A stretch of 64,000 bases of DNA from Neodothiora populina (taxonomy: Eukaryota). The notes under the pieces were generated by a model, which saw only the letters and a program-made list of their open reading frames with translations, did no database searches and had not been told where the DNA came from. Below, one piece after another: positions 1-11,334 of the stretch (position 1 is the stretch's first letter; each line of letters opens with the position of its first letter). Position numbers and translations under genes: made by a program. The stretch spans positions 868,001 to 932,000 of the forward strand of contig NW_027191404.1 in the NCBI RefSeq assembly GCF_041146345.1. Direction: 5' to 3'.

Positions 1-1170
1 GACGAGACGAAACCAAGATGTGAGAAGTGCCGAAGGACCAACCGAGAATGTAGTTTCCAGTCTGTCGGTACACCTAACCCTGCTGTCTCTCATTCGACAG
101 GACCGAACTCCAATGATGTCTTTACTGTCAAGGAGATGGAGCTCCTGCATCACTTTATCATGCAGACCGGGCCAAGTCTAGTAAATAGCTCCGCTCTTCA
201 ACGCGTTTGGCAGACCGGTGTTATTGATCTCGCGTTGAAGAATACATTTTTGATGCACACGGTCTTGTCACTATCAGCAATGCATTTGGCATATCTCCGG
301 CAGAACGATAGTGCAGCATATTCAGTACAAGCCGCGAATCACCAAGACGTTGGCTTAGCTGGGTTTCGTGCAGAGCTCCAGCAGTTCAGTGAGAACAATT
401 GCCATGCTCTGTTCGCATCCTCAATACTAGTGATTTTCTACATTCCGGCATCTTCTGGAACCAGTATCAACGACGATATGGCCTCTAGCTTCCTCCACGA
501 GACGCTATTTGTGGCGATCATAGACTGGATACGCCTGATTCGCGGCTGTCATCATATCATCGAACGAGGAAGGCGGTGGCTAGAGCAAGGACCGACCGCA
601 CTTCTAGTACCTCGTAGGGCTTGGTATAGCACAACCGAGCCGCTTGACGAGCGCGCCCGTGTCGAGGATCGCTACCTTGCCAGCCTTGAAAGACTTTGGG
701 CACCTGATACTCCCACGCACATGTCGACGTACGACAACGAGGAACTCGAAGCGTATAAAGATGCCCTCATCAAACTCCGTCAGACTTTTGCGCGAATGTC
801 TCATGCGGCTGATGGACCGATTGATGAATGTGTCTGGTGCAGTCCCCATGGCGAGGTTACCCCCGGGGCTCTAGACGGGCGCGTCCCCCGAATAGTTGCT
901 GGTGTTCTTTGGTCCATGCTCATACCGGAGAAATTCTTCGAGCTACTGGAACAGCGACGACCGATTGCCCTCATTCTACTTGCCCATAACGCAATAATTG
1001 TCAAACGAACCTCTAAACAGTGGTGGAATAAGGCGCCGGCGATGAAAACGATCACCGCAGTCACCGCAACGCTACATCCCCAATATCATGCATGGATCGA
1101 GTGGCCTCAACGCGAGATCGGGTTCACTACCTCTGAAGAGATTGCTCGACAAAAGTATGTCAATGGCTGA
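1..1170 (+). CDS. Zn(II)2Cys6 fungal transcription factor, Upc2/sterol-uptake-regulator-like (5' end outside the window)
   Basis: Frame 1 is open from base 1 and reads DETKPRCEKCRRTNRECSF, the second half of a Zn2Cys6 cluster. It continues into the 136..1170 ORF with the typical MELLHHF...FLMHTVLSLSAMHLA and FFELLEQRRPIALILLAH segments. Confidence 0.85.
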   Translation, partial: DETKPRCEKCRRTNRECSFQSVGTPNPAVSHSTGPNSNDVFTVKEMELLHHFIMQTGPSLVNSSALQRVWQTGVIDLALKNTFLMHTVLSLSAMHLAYLRQNDSAAYSVQAANHQDVGLAGFRAELQQFSENNCHALFASSILVIFYIPASSGTSINDDMASSFLHETLFVAIIDWIRLIRGCHHIIERGRRWLEQGPTALLVPRRAWYSTTEPLDERARVEDRYLASLERLWAPDTPTHMSTYDNEELEAYKDALIKLRQTFARMSHAADGPIDECVWCSPHGEVTPGALDGRVPRIVAGVLWSMLIPEKFFELLEQRRPIALILLAHNAIIVKRTSKQWWNKAPAMKTITAVTATLHPQYHAWIEWPQREIGFTTSEEIARQKYVNG

Positions 1171-1484
1171 CCATTGTGATACGTACCTCAAGGTATCTCG
1201 AGTACCGTCTTGGCATACAAAGCGTTTGCAGAAGCGTTTGGGGTTTTCGGACATAGTTTGTGGGGTACACCCGCCTCCACACTTCACATGACGGCGCAGA
1301 CAAACATTGCCGGTGGACCGACGCATTCCCGGATGCCCCTCTCGTCAATTGCAGGCGCGGCGACTGCTTGGGAAAACATCATGCATAGATTAATCAATTA
1401 CAGTGGACACCTAGCCGAATCTACTCAACAGTATACGTCGAGGAGATATCGTCACTCAACATTTTCCTCTGTGACATCCTGACC

Positions 1485-3635
1485 ATGGCCTCACAACACC
1501 CTCAAGACATTGCTTATGCAGCATCCATCAACACCCCCGAGAAATATTGGGCTCACCAAGCTGCACAGCTAACTTGGACGGTACCTCCATCGAAGACATT
1601 GGCCCGTCACACAAAGAAGCTAAAGTCTGGAACCTCTCACCATCACTGGCAGTGGTTTCCTGATGGCGAGCTATCGACGAGTTACAACTGCATCGATCGG
1701 CACATTAAGGCTGGAAATGGTGCACAGACTGCGATCGTGTGGGACTCGCCAGTCACGAACAGCAAGGAGAGAATCAGCTATGCTGAGCTCGAGCAAGAAG
1801 TCGCAATCTTGGCGGGTGTGCTTCGCGAAGAGAATGTGAAGAAGGGAGACGTCGTCTTGATCTACATGCCAATGATACCAGCAGCGTTGATTGGTATATT
1901 GGCCACTGTCCGCTTGGGAGCCATACACACCGTTGTTTTTGGTGGATTCAGTTCATCGAGTCTGGCACAAAGAATTGACGCCTCAGCACCACGGCTCATC
2001 CTGACTGCCAGCTGTGGCATCGAAGGCGCCAAAGGCCCTCTTGCCTATCGGCCACTCGTGAGAGGAGCCGTGGAGCAGTCCAAGCACAAACCGAGCAAGA
2101 CGATTGTATGGCAGCGAGAAGAGAGCAGATGGGACATCATGAAGGACGAGGGCGAAAGAAATTGGCAACGCCTGGTTAAAAGCGCAAAAACCCGTGGAGT
2201 CACAGCAGAGAATGTTGCTGTCAAGAGCAATGATAGTCTATATATTATCTACACGAGCGGTACCACCGGGGCGCCCAAAGGCGTTCTTCGCGAAGCCGGT
2301 GGACATGCGGTGGGCCTAAACATGAGTATGCGCTATCTCTTCGGCATCAACGCAGGCGATGTCGTTTTTTGCGCCAGTGATATTGGCTGGATTGTTGGAC
2401 ACTCTTATATTCTCTATGCCCCGCTCCTTGCTGGGGCCACCACTGTCATGTTCGAAGGCAAACCGATAGGAACTCCCGATGCCGGCACATTCTGGCGCGT
2501 GATATCCGAGAACAAAGTCAACGTATTTTTCACTGCACCGACCGCTCTCCGAGCTATACGCAGAGAGGATCCCAAAAACCAATTTTTCGCTTCCTATGGA
2601 AAGAATCAGGGTCTTAAAAGCCTGCGTGCTGTTTTTCTCGCAGGTGAAAGAAGCGAGCCGAGCATTGTCCAGATGTATGCAGACCTTCTGACACAGTACG
2701 GCGCCCCCGGAGCTATGGTTGTAGACAACTGGTGGTCCTCAGAGTCTGGGTCACCAATAACAGGACTCGCACAGCAACCTACAACAGGAATCGACTTCGC
2801 CAGCACGGAAAGATGCGCACCGCTGGCAATACGCCCTGGAAGCGCTGGAAAGCCCATGCCTGGATTTGATGTGCGTATTGTCGATGATGATGGCAAAGAA
2901 GTCAAGAAGGGCGAGATGGGCAATATTGTGCTTGGCATCCCTCTCGCCCCCACTGCGCTCACAACCCTCTGGAAAGATGAAGAACGCTTCTACAAAGGTT
3001 ACATGCTCAGATTTAAGGGTCAGTGGATAGATACTGGCGACGCCGGCATGATTGATGAGGATGGATATGTGCATATCATGAGCCGAAGCGACGACATCAT
3101 CAATGTTGCCGCACATCGACTGAGTACAGGTACGATCTCCCTTTGCAAGTGTATTAGATCAGCTTTCTCCTAAAACAGCCGCATAGGGGCCATTGAGCAG
3201 GCTGTATCATCCCAACCTTCGATAACTGAATCCTGTGTTGTTCCCGTCCCAGACAATTTAAAGGGCCATCTCCCCTTCGCATTCATCAGCATGCCATCTG
3301 CCGAACTCGCAAACTTCACGACACAGAAGCACCATCAGTTGTCACCACCCGCACTGCTCAAGGATCTCAATGAGCGCATCCGCAAGTCTATTGGCGCAAT
3401 CGCTACGCTCGGCGGCTGCATCGTTGCGCCTGGCATCATCCCAAAAACCAGGAGTGGCAAGACATTGAGGCGCGTACTAAAGCAGCTCCTGGAGAATGCG
3501 ATGAATGGCGACTACGATGGCAAAGTCGACGTCCCTGCCACAGTCGAAGATGCAAGCGTAGTTGATCGCGCGAGGCAAGTGGTCAAGGAATATTTCACCG
3601 AAGGTGCCGGTAAGGAAATCAAGGCGAAGCTCTGA
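1485..3635 (+). CDS. Short-chain acyl-CoA (propionate-CoA) ligase, PrpE/ACSS3-like, peroxisomal; exons 1485-3129 and 3187-3635
   Basis: AMP-binding motif YIIYTSGTTGAPKG, plus SDIGWIVGHSY, DNWWSSESG, DTGDAG, RSDDIINVAAHRLSTG and PKTRSGK. Intron 3130-3186 (GTACGA..TAG) restores the frame. The C-terminus is AKL (PTS1). Confidence 0.92.
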
Positions 3636-4256
3636 TTCTCGTTGGACAAGAACAGATGATAGATCTTAACTGTCCTTAAGGACAAACGTAGGCGGATCGA
3701 GAGTTATATTTAGTCGTTGGTGAGATGTATATATGATAATGCAAATGTGGGTGCTTCATATGTGCCATCGATGAAGCTGTGCTCCCGTTGTGGTCCTCGG
3801 CCGTTGATATTGTGTAAAAAGATAGCACCATACATTTCACAACAAATACGCAAGTCTCGCAACCAAACTTCCTATTGATTATTGGGTTGTTACAAACGCA
3901 ACACGACCTTCGGAAAGATAGAAACCGAACGTAACATAGAAAGAACTCGAAGTGCAAGCGAACGGTGCCGAAGCGAGACAAGTCCATGTCTGTTACCAGG
4001 AGGAATGGTAATTAGTAGTGTAGACATGTCTCGGCGAGTCCCTGAAAGATTTGTCCTTGTGATCACCGCAAAGTCTATGACATGTGTATCTATGCCATGA
4101 CCGAGCGATTTTCCTGTCGTCTCGAACACTATCTCATGACACCCTGAATAGTACTGTGTATTCACATAGTTTCCTCTTTAAAATAACTGTTCAAAGCATC
4201 TATTGTTGCTTTTGTATATATATATTTCTGTTGCTTCTTTTCCGATGAGCCATGCA

Positions 4257-5894
4257 ATGCAGTACTACTCCGCGTTCGCATCCGCCGCCTATACTAGACT
4301 TCTGGCGGTCATAGAACACCCGTTCGGAACTGTACCGCGTCCTGGACTTAACCCAATCTCTGGTACTGTTCCTCTGACTCTGGAAGCGATTATTTGCCCT
4401 CCACTTGTATGTGTTGTACTTTTGCTCGATTCTTCCGGGCAAAAGTCATGTTTCTCGATGAACCGTCTAGCTAATACCATAGGTAAGATATATTACATTG
4501 CACTGCTCTTCCTGCCACCTGCACCTCCTCGTGCAGTCGAATCACATACGATAAAAGCGCTTCGTAACATATTTGCTTTACTATCTGGATTTCTCTTCTT
4601 TCGTCTGCCATTGGCATATCATTTTCCTCAGAGTATTGGTCTGAACTATCAGCTCTCCTTGGTGGGACTGTATGGTGGGTGTAGAGTTCTGGATGCCTTC
4701 TTCATCTCGCCATATGTCTTCGGGCATATTCCGAGGAGGGTCACGTATACGCACCAACCACGGCCCGATATGCCTATGATACAAGAGGTGTATGAGTCCG
4801 TCGACGAGACCCGGAAGGATGGCGATCAGGCTATGATAGCGAAGAAGCAAGTAGCAGCTTCGGATATGATTGAAAACGTGCGCCAGGGTGCGCAGGCTGT
4901 GCAGCGCTCCAGACGACGCAGTTCACTCTCTCAGGCTACACAAGCCATCTCGCAAACAATAGCGGGACCAAGTATGCAACCTGTGCTAGAAACAGCGACA
5001 AGCGATGATGATTGGCCTCATAGCTTCCTTGACCGCGCTTCCTGGGCACTAGAGCTGGAGCTTAGCATGCGCGGCGTGGGTTTCACTTGGACAACAGCAG
5101 ACGTGCGACATAGTGTTCGCAAGACATGGTTGCCGACGGTACACAATAGAGTGCACAGTATCTTCGTACACGTCGTGCCAATTCTGGCGACTTGTTTTCT
5201 GATCATCCGAAGCACATACCTGGGATATCTGGAGGAGCCGAATGTCGCTTCGGGAGAGCTCCCTGATCTCTTTGATGAGAAGCTTTCGCTGAGCCGTCAG
5301 CTTCTACTCACGGCTGCCCTTGGCGCTTTCTTGATGGCTGCGTTTTCTTTCGCACATTCCGCCTTTGCCATCATGCTTTCACCTTTTGCGCCAAGCCCAT
5401 TGGCGTTCTTTCCGCCTCTCTACACAACCAGGATCTGGGACATCACGTCTGTTAGAGGGTTTTGGGCATACGGGTGGCACAGATTGTTTGCTCGGCTCTT
5501 CCTCGTGTACGGTGTTTGGCCTGGGGAATGGATCGAGCGTAAGATCCTTGGCAAAGGTAGCGAAGAGCCCGCAGACGTGGGGAAGGTTTTGGGCGGTTTC
5601 ATGAGCAGTGCGTTCGTACACTCTTTCGCAGTGAGAAGCGTTTTAGGTGGCGACTGGAACAAAGCCACAGGCGAAGCGCGATTCTTCGCACTGAACGGCC
5701 TTGCAGTGGTACTCGAGGAGTCTGTGAAGAGGGCTGTCAAACGCTGGCGTAAGCAAAACGGACAATCGACGAAAGCGTGGTACGACAACTATGTTGGTAG
5801 AGCATGGTGGATCTCCTTGTTGCTTTGCAGTGGTCGGCAATTCGCCAGAGGCTGGGTGAACGCTGGTCTGGTTAGAGAAATGGCTGCCAAATGA
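4257..5894 (+). CDS. Membrane-bound O-acyltransferase (MBOAT_2 / wax-synthase-like); probable in-frame intron 4407-4487
   Basis: Multi-TM ORF with SMRGVGFTW, FPPLY...SVRGFWAYGWHRLF and FMSSAFVHS (candidate catalytic His). The start codon is uncertain (ATG at 4245 or 4257). Confidence 0.8.
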   Translation: MQYYSAFASAAYTRLLAVIEHPFGTVPRPGLNPISGTVPLTLEAIICPPLVCVVLLLDSSGQKSCFSMNRLANTIGKIYYIALLFLPPAPPRAVESHTIKALRNIFALLSGFLFFRLPLAYHFPQSIGLNYQLSLVGLYGGCRVLDAFFISPYVFGHIPRRVTYTHQPRPDMPMIQEVYESVDETRKDGDQAMIAKKQVAASDMIENVRQGAQAVQRSRRRSSLSQATQAISQTIAGPSMQPVLETATSDDDWPHSFLDRASWALELELSMRGVGFTWTTADVRHSVRKTWLPTVHNRVHSIFVHVVPILATCFLIIRSTYLGYLEEPNVASGELPDLFDEKLSLSRQLLLTAALGAFLMAAFSFAHSAFAIMLSPFAPSPLAFFPPLYTTRIWDITSVRGFWAYGWHRLFARLFLVYGVWPGEWIERKILGKGSEEPADVGKVLGGFMSSAFVHSFAVRSVLGGDWNKATGEARFFALNGLAVVLEESVKRAVKRWRKQNGQSTKAWYDNYVGRAWWISLLLCSGRQFARGWVNAGLVREMAAK

Positions 5895-5942
5895 GCTTTG
5901 CCGGGGCATCGAAATTATGATTCTCTTCGTGCCACATGTTAA

Positions 5943-7289
5943 TCAAAATCCACTTGCGTCGAGCTCTGCAATGAATTCTTCAAGCACGTCCCCATGTTCC
6001 GACCCTTCAAACTCCCTGGTACCAGCAACAATAAATTGAATCGGATGATAGCGATCTCCGGGAAGCTCTCGGAATAGGTCTGTCAGTGTGATGTGGTCAA
6101 AGTGAATGTCATTCTCCAGAGCTGAGGAAAGCAGGGCACTCCATGAACCCCGCCAGCTTATACAGCAGTTGGATATGTCAAGAACACGAAATGTAGCCTT
6201 GTTTCTGCTCAATAACTCCACGATTTCATCTTGTGGTACTACACAGTTGGAGAGATGCAGCTCACGCAGACGGCGACTGGCGAGCGCACTGGTGATAATC
6301 TCAAGTTCCTCCCAGCGACCATTGTCTGTCAAACCGCGTGCAAAATCGCTATATGAGGCACCGCCCACATCCACATATAAAGTTTCCAAGTTGCAAGCAA
6401 GTCCAAGTATACCGGCGATCGAAGATGGAGTAGCTCCCTCCCAGTCATGAAAGCTGTTGAGCAATTTCAGCTCGAATGAGCTGAGACCAAGGCAGACACT
6501 CGCCAACAGGTCATCTTCCACACCTTCCAAGTCAATGGTACCCATGTTAGGGTCTTCCTGGTATGCGGAGTCGTTAGTCGACGGAAACATGCAAGCCCAA
6601 TCCTCAAAGATGATGGCAAGTTTATTGATTGAACATCTGGAATGAGCAGCGGCTGTGAGGATTGTCTTCAGGGTCCCGGTTCTTACGCACTCCCAGTAGT
6701 CCCAGTGATTGTATTCCTCAAAACAGGTGCAGAAGCTACGCGAGCCGAGGACACCGTCCTCAGGGTAATTCCAGACGCCATCTACAAGGCTTAACCCAAT
6801 CGGATGACCGAAGGCCTTAAGTTTGTCCAAGGCGGTCTTCAGTAGGAAAATGCCTTCTCCGGATTCAGCCATAGTCCTCTGTTCAGCATAAGCTAGTGAG
6901 TATGTTAAGGTGAATTTCATTGCCTGATCCATAGCATTGCCCAGAAATCGACACTCTTCCTCAGCGGCTAATATACTCGCCTTGGTCGACTCGAGTCCTG
7001 ATTTCAGCAGACACTGTGAGGCAAAACTGATGGTTCTGATAAGTGGTCCAAACAACTCATGAGTACAGATATCATTGAGCAATTGTAAGCTACGCCGAGA
7101 CATGAAGACTTTGAGCGTTGTGAAGTAGGTGATGGCGAATCTTGGAGTTGCAGTCTTTTTAAGCTGTTGATTAACGAGTCGCACTGATGCAAGGTCCGCA
7201 TCGTCTACATCGTCGACGATGATCTGTAGCAACTCGTTTGGGAGTATTGACAGGCCGTACAAATTGAGAAGAGAGACAGACTCTCCCAT
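5943..7289 (-). CDS. F-box-like domain protein with an LRR/RNI-like C-terminal region (lineage-expanded type)
   Basis: Intronless ORF. N-terminal LSILPNELLQIIVDDVDDADLASVRLVNQQL fits the F-box pattern. LETLYV, LRELHLSNC and FRVLDISNC resemble LRR-like repeats. The ORF could extend upstream to 7367. Confidence 0.7.
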   Translation of the reverse strand: MGESVSLLNLYGLSILPNELLQIIVDDVDDADLASVRLVNQQLKKTATPRFAITYFTTLKVFMSRRSLQLLNDICTHELFGPLIRTISFASQCLLKSGLESTKASILAAEEECRFLGNAMDQAMKFTLTYSLAYAEQRTMAESGEGIFLLKTALDKLKAFGHPIGLSLVDGVWNYPEDGVLGSRSFCTCFEEYNHWDYWECVRTGTLKTILTAAAHSRCSINKLAIIFEDWACMFPSTNDSAYQEDPNMGTIDLEGVEDDLLASVCLGLSSFELKLLNSFHDWEGATPSSIAGILGLACNLETLYVDVGGASYSDFARGLTDNGRWEELEIITSALASRRLRELHLSNCVVPQDEIVELLSRNKATFRVLDISNCCISWRGSWSALLSSALENDIHFDHITLTDLFRELPGDRYHPIQFIVAGTREFEGSEHGDVLEEFIAELDASGF

Positions 7290-10200
7290 GATTCGGCAGA
7301 CAAATGATTTCTCTGTGTTTTTGGAAAAGGAAGAAAATGCAATGGGTACGACACCAGCATGCGTCAAATGAACCTGGAAAGCCCTGCTCCAACCTGAGGC
7401 TTACACTTTGCCATAATTTGAACGAAAGCTTGCTGAAAGGTGTGTGACACCGTAACAGAGGCGTAGTCTAGACAGAGTGTTTGTACGTCAGAATAAGGTA
7501 CAACACAGCGCCGCCAAAACATCATCGACCTTACGCTCTGTCTCCGATTCAGTAGGGTTGGTCGCCCTTCGTTGATCGCTAATGGGGATGGTCAGTGATC
7601 TGCCAAGAGATAAGATGATACCAGCCACCCTCTACAGATGTGGCGTATTACATCAAACCATGAGTGCTACAGTTAGCACAACTGCTATGATGTACGATGT
7701 TCGACACTACTAGCCTTGTTTTTAGCATCTATCGATATAGTGATAGGGCTTGGTATGATGTGCTAAAGGACGTTTGCTGCAATATAAAAACGAAGACCAA
7801 AAATAATCACTGGTGACGAGAAGAGCTAAGCTGGAGAAAAGCCAGACCAAGATGCTCATGTATAGCATTCTGATACGTAAGGTACCTACTGTACATAGAC
7901 GACTTTAGAGATTACTATTGATCTCGACACCAACTGAGGGATCTTTTGCGACTAGCTAACATTTGTGCCTTGCAATTGTTGATTGCTTCGGAAGTATGTG
8001 TAATGAGGGACTACTTTTAGAGTTGACGCTTAGCTTGGTCATCTTTGCGTATTATCAGCCCGTAGTTCCCGAAGCTTGGCATGGTCATCTTTGCGTACTA
8101 CCTTATCATCCCAAAGTGTCACTTGTTTTGCATGCTCGGATCGATGTGCCGTACTTGTTGACAATATTCAGATTGCTGACTCCCTAGTGCTTGCATTATG
8201 TCCGCACCTCAGGCGGCTTATTGAATTATGGTGGAAGCATGGCTGACTGCAAAGCGGTACTAGACGTCATTCCATAATATACTGTAGCCCTCAACCTAGC
8301 GTCGTCTGAATTAGTATCAGAGTCGTTCCGCCTCTGCTTTATGAGCCTTCTACTGACTTACTCTGTACCACGCTAAGGTAGCATGGACTTCAACTAGCAT
8401 ACCTTACTCATCATGGCGATCCATCCGCATCATGATTGAAGTACAGTGTTCGAAGGATGGTTAACCATACGATGTCGTGCTTTTGTAAGGCCTTATTCAA
8501 AGGTACTTGGACAAATGGTAGTCTCTCCGTTATTACCTGCTATGCGTAATTGCCGGCGCAGATAGGAAATGGTCTGACTTCAAGTTGATGAGGGAAATGG
8601 TTTGGCCTCAGTATGACCACTACGCGTGGTGCATCCTTTACGCTTACCTAGCTCATCGAACCTGGTCAGGCGAGGGATGCTGTACCCAGAAGACTGCGAC
8701 TTGTCGCCTCATATACGAAGGAGTTAATTTTCCGTTGCTTGACAGCCGCAGGTTGGGCATCGGCTGAATAGTCAAATCAGAAATACGGATCTCTTGATAC
8801 GTCTTCAGCAATGCTAGCCTTGAATTGCTCCACACTCGAACCCTTCTCTGTGAGACATTGAGAAGTATAAGATTATCTTGAGCAGCTACTGTATAATCTG
8901 TGTCAGCGTTCAAATTCGTTGTAAAAACTACCTCTGCCTAGTGCCAAACTTGATAGCAGTGTTACACAAGGTTACGAATTAAAGTACCTGTCAATTTCGT
9001 TAGTGTTGTCAAGGCGAGGCGCGCAAGGATCCTGTAGTTTGTAGTACTGAATACTGGTCTGTCTCCACAATATTCCCTCGAGATCGAAGTATTGTGTACA
9101 GTACAGACAAGAGCAGTTGTAGATGCTGTAGACGCTGTAGTTGCTATAGCATTGATAGAGCACGCAATCGTTTTGTGACACTAGGTGAGATGGCGACCGA
9201 AAGCGGAGGTGAGACCCAGTGATGGTCGCAAGCTAAGGCCCGAACTGCTGGGTCGATATGCCTGTCTCCAGCGTCACTGACGGGTTCTCTCGGGAATCAT
9301 GCGTATTCTCTTGAGGGAGAACCACATCAGACTTTCATCTGCATTGTTGCTGTTTCCGGGCTACTGGATATAGGCAAACCGTAGCTACAGTACTGTACCA
9401 TAAGGGCAATTCAGCATGAGCAATTCTGAAACTTGTGCATGTGGAACGTTCATTAGATACAGTAACGTGTTTTCCATGCCAGTAACAGCTTCTCCATCGA
9501 GAAGCATCAAGAAGCAGCAGGGGGAGTATGATCTTTACCAATTTCAGCGATGTTGATAGATACAACAGAGTGAACAGCTGCATATGAAGAGCTCAGGGCT
9601 TGTGTTGCTGCTAGTAACAAGCGAAGTCGATCTAAAGCTGTAAGGTTCCCATGTACAAGACCGTACCGACCTTGGCAGAATTGAGGGAAGTGTGAGCTCA
9701 TCCTATTGTAGTAGTATGCTTGAGTCCCAAGGATATAGAGGATGTGGTAACTCTTGCAATGCCCGACAGCATCCCATTGGTTGCTATGGGCCATGTTCCC
9801 TTGATCGTTACCCTGAAGCTTCAGTAAGTTTCAGCTACAGGTATTGTACTTGTAGTGTAACTAGAGATCTCATGATCAATAAGCTAGACAGGTGGCGTGA
9901 GTTGGATAATCAGCAGATCAATCCATGCCCCATTGACCCAGAAGCACAATTTGCGATTCGGTGTTTCAAGCTTACAAGCAATGAGTGAAACTTAGGCTGT
10001 CATGAATACAAACGCGTTGCTGACTGCCTAAGGATGCGCAGGTTATACTATCACCCGCAGTGCGTCCGGATCGCAGACCCGGTCGTACGTTGCGCGCTAT
10101 AAAAGTGTCTCGAGCTTCCAGAGGCTCTGCGGAAGCTATCCCTCAACACACGTAATATCCTGGTCGCTCGGAATGTAATCCTGGTAAAGGTTCACGTTGC

Positions 10201-11334
10201 CCAGACACGACAAGCATGTTCCTTAATTACAACACATGCGCAATAGCTCGGATCGTAAGGGATGGTCATCAACCTGCAGCGTGTATGTCTGGATCACGAG
10301 TACGATGGATCCCACACTTGCAAGAAACACGCGTGTGGACAGCTTTGTCACCAGGACGTCATTAATTCATGCTGAGGACGGGAGCCGCAAATTGCGAGGA
10401 AGCCGCGCACGCAGCAGACAACATCATCTGAAAGCTCAATCCTCTCCTCGCCCCTCCTTCCCAGGTGTCAAAGCCCTGATAATAGACGAATAATCTTTTT
10501 GGGAACAGGATCTGAACGGCCAGCAGGTTTACAGAGTCATTTCCCGTTTTAAGTATCACGATCTGCGGGCACTTTTATCACAGATTTGCTGGACAGACGC
10601 CTGCAGCGTCTGCCGAGATCGAGAACATCAATGGACATCGCCTCGATCCCTGCGATCCCGATCCCGCGTGAATATAGAGGTGCGTCCAAGCGCTTCGTAC
10701 CACCCCAGGCTTGAGGCTCTTGGTGCGCCACACTTGATCGGAACATCAGGGTGAATCGTCCACTTCATTGCTTTTCGCCTTGGACCAGCACGTTTGGCGG
10801 CTGCAATGTCCCACTTTTACTTCGAAAATACATGGTGATGGGTACAGGTTCATGTATGATGTTCCTGATCTGCTAAAAGATTTTCACTAAAACTTGTAAA
10901 GATGATGCATACTCTCGTTTCAGGGCCCACTGTCCCGTGAGGCTCAGTCGTGTCAAATCACTCATAATGCTTCCGCTCGCTGCTGTCATTCACTTGCGTA
11001 TCTGCAATCCCATATAAACCGCGAGGCGCACGCTATATCAACAATCCCTACAACCTACTTCTGTATCAGCCTTACCCCTTGTTCAACGGGCACAGCCAGT
11101 TATATAAGTTGTCAGAAAGCCATCATCCCGTCATACCATCGCACGCTCATATCGTCACACCGTTGTAGCCCCTATCATACATAGGAAGCGGGCATATTTG
11201 GATCGACATTGACCCGTCTTGTTCATACATTCCACAAGAATAAGAGAGACACTCGAAAGGCATAACACTGCCTGTGCACGGCGTGACTTCAAACCATCAA
11301 CTCTTTCTCTGAGCATTATCCAAAATCTATTACA

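Noticed and set aside
4483..4536. Second intron forming a recursive or twin-intron pair with 4407-4482
   Set aside because: Removing both deletes 130 nt and breaks the frame, and the second lacks a good branch site.
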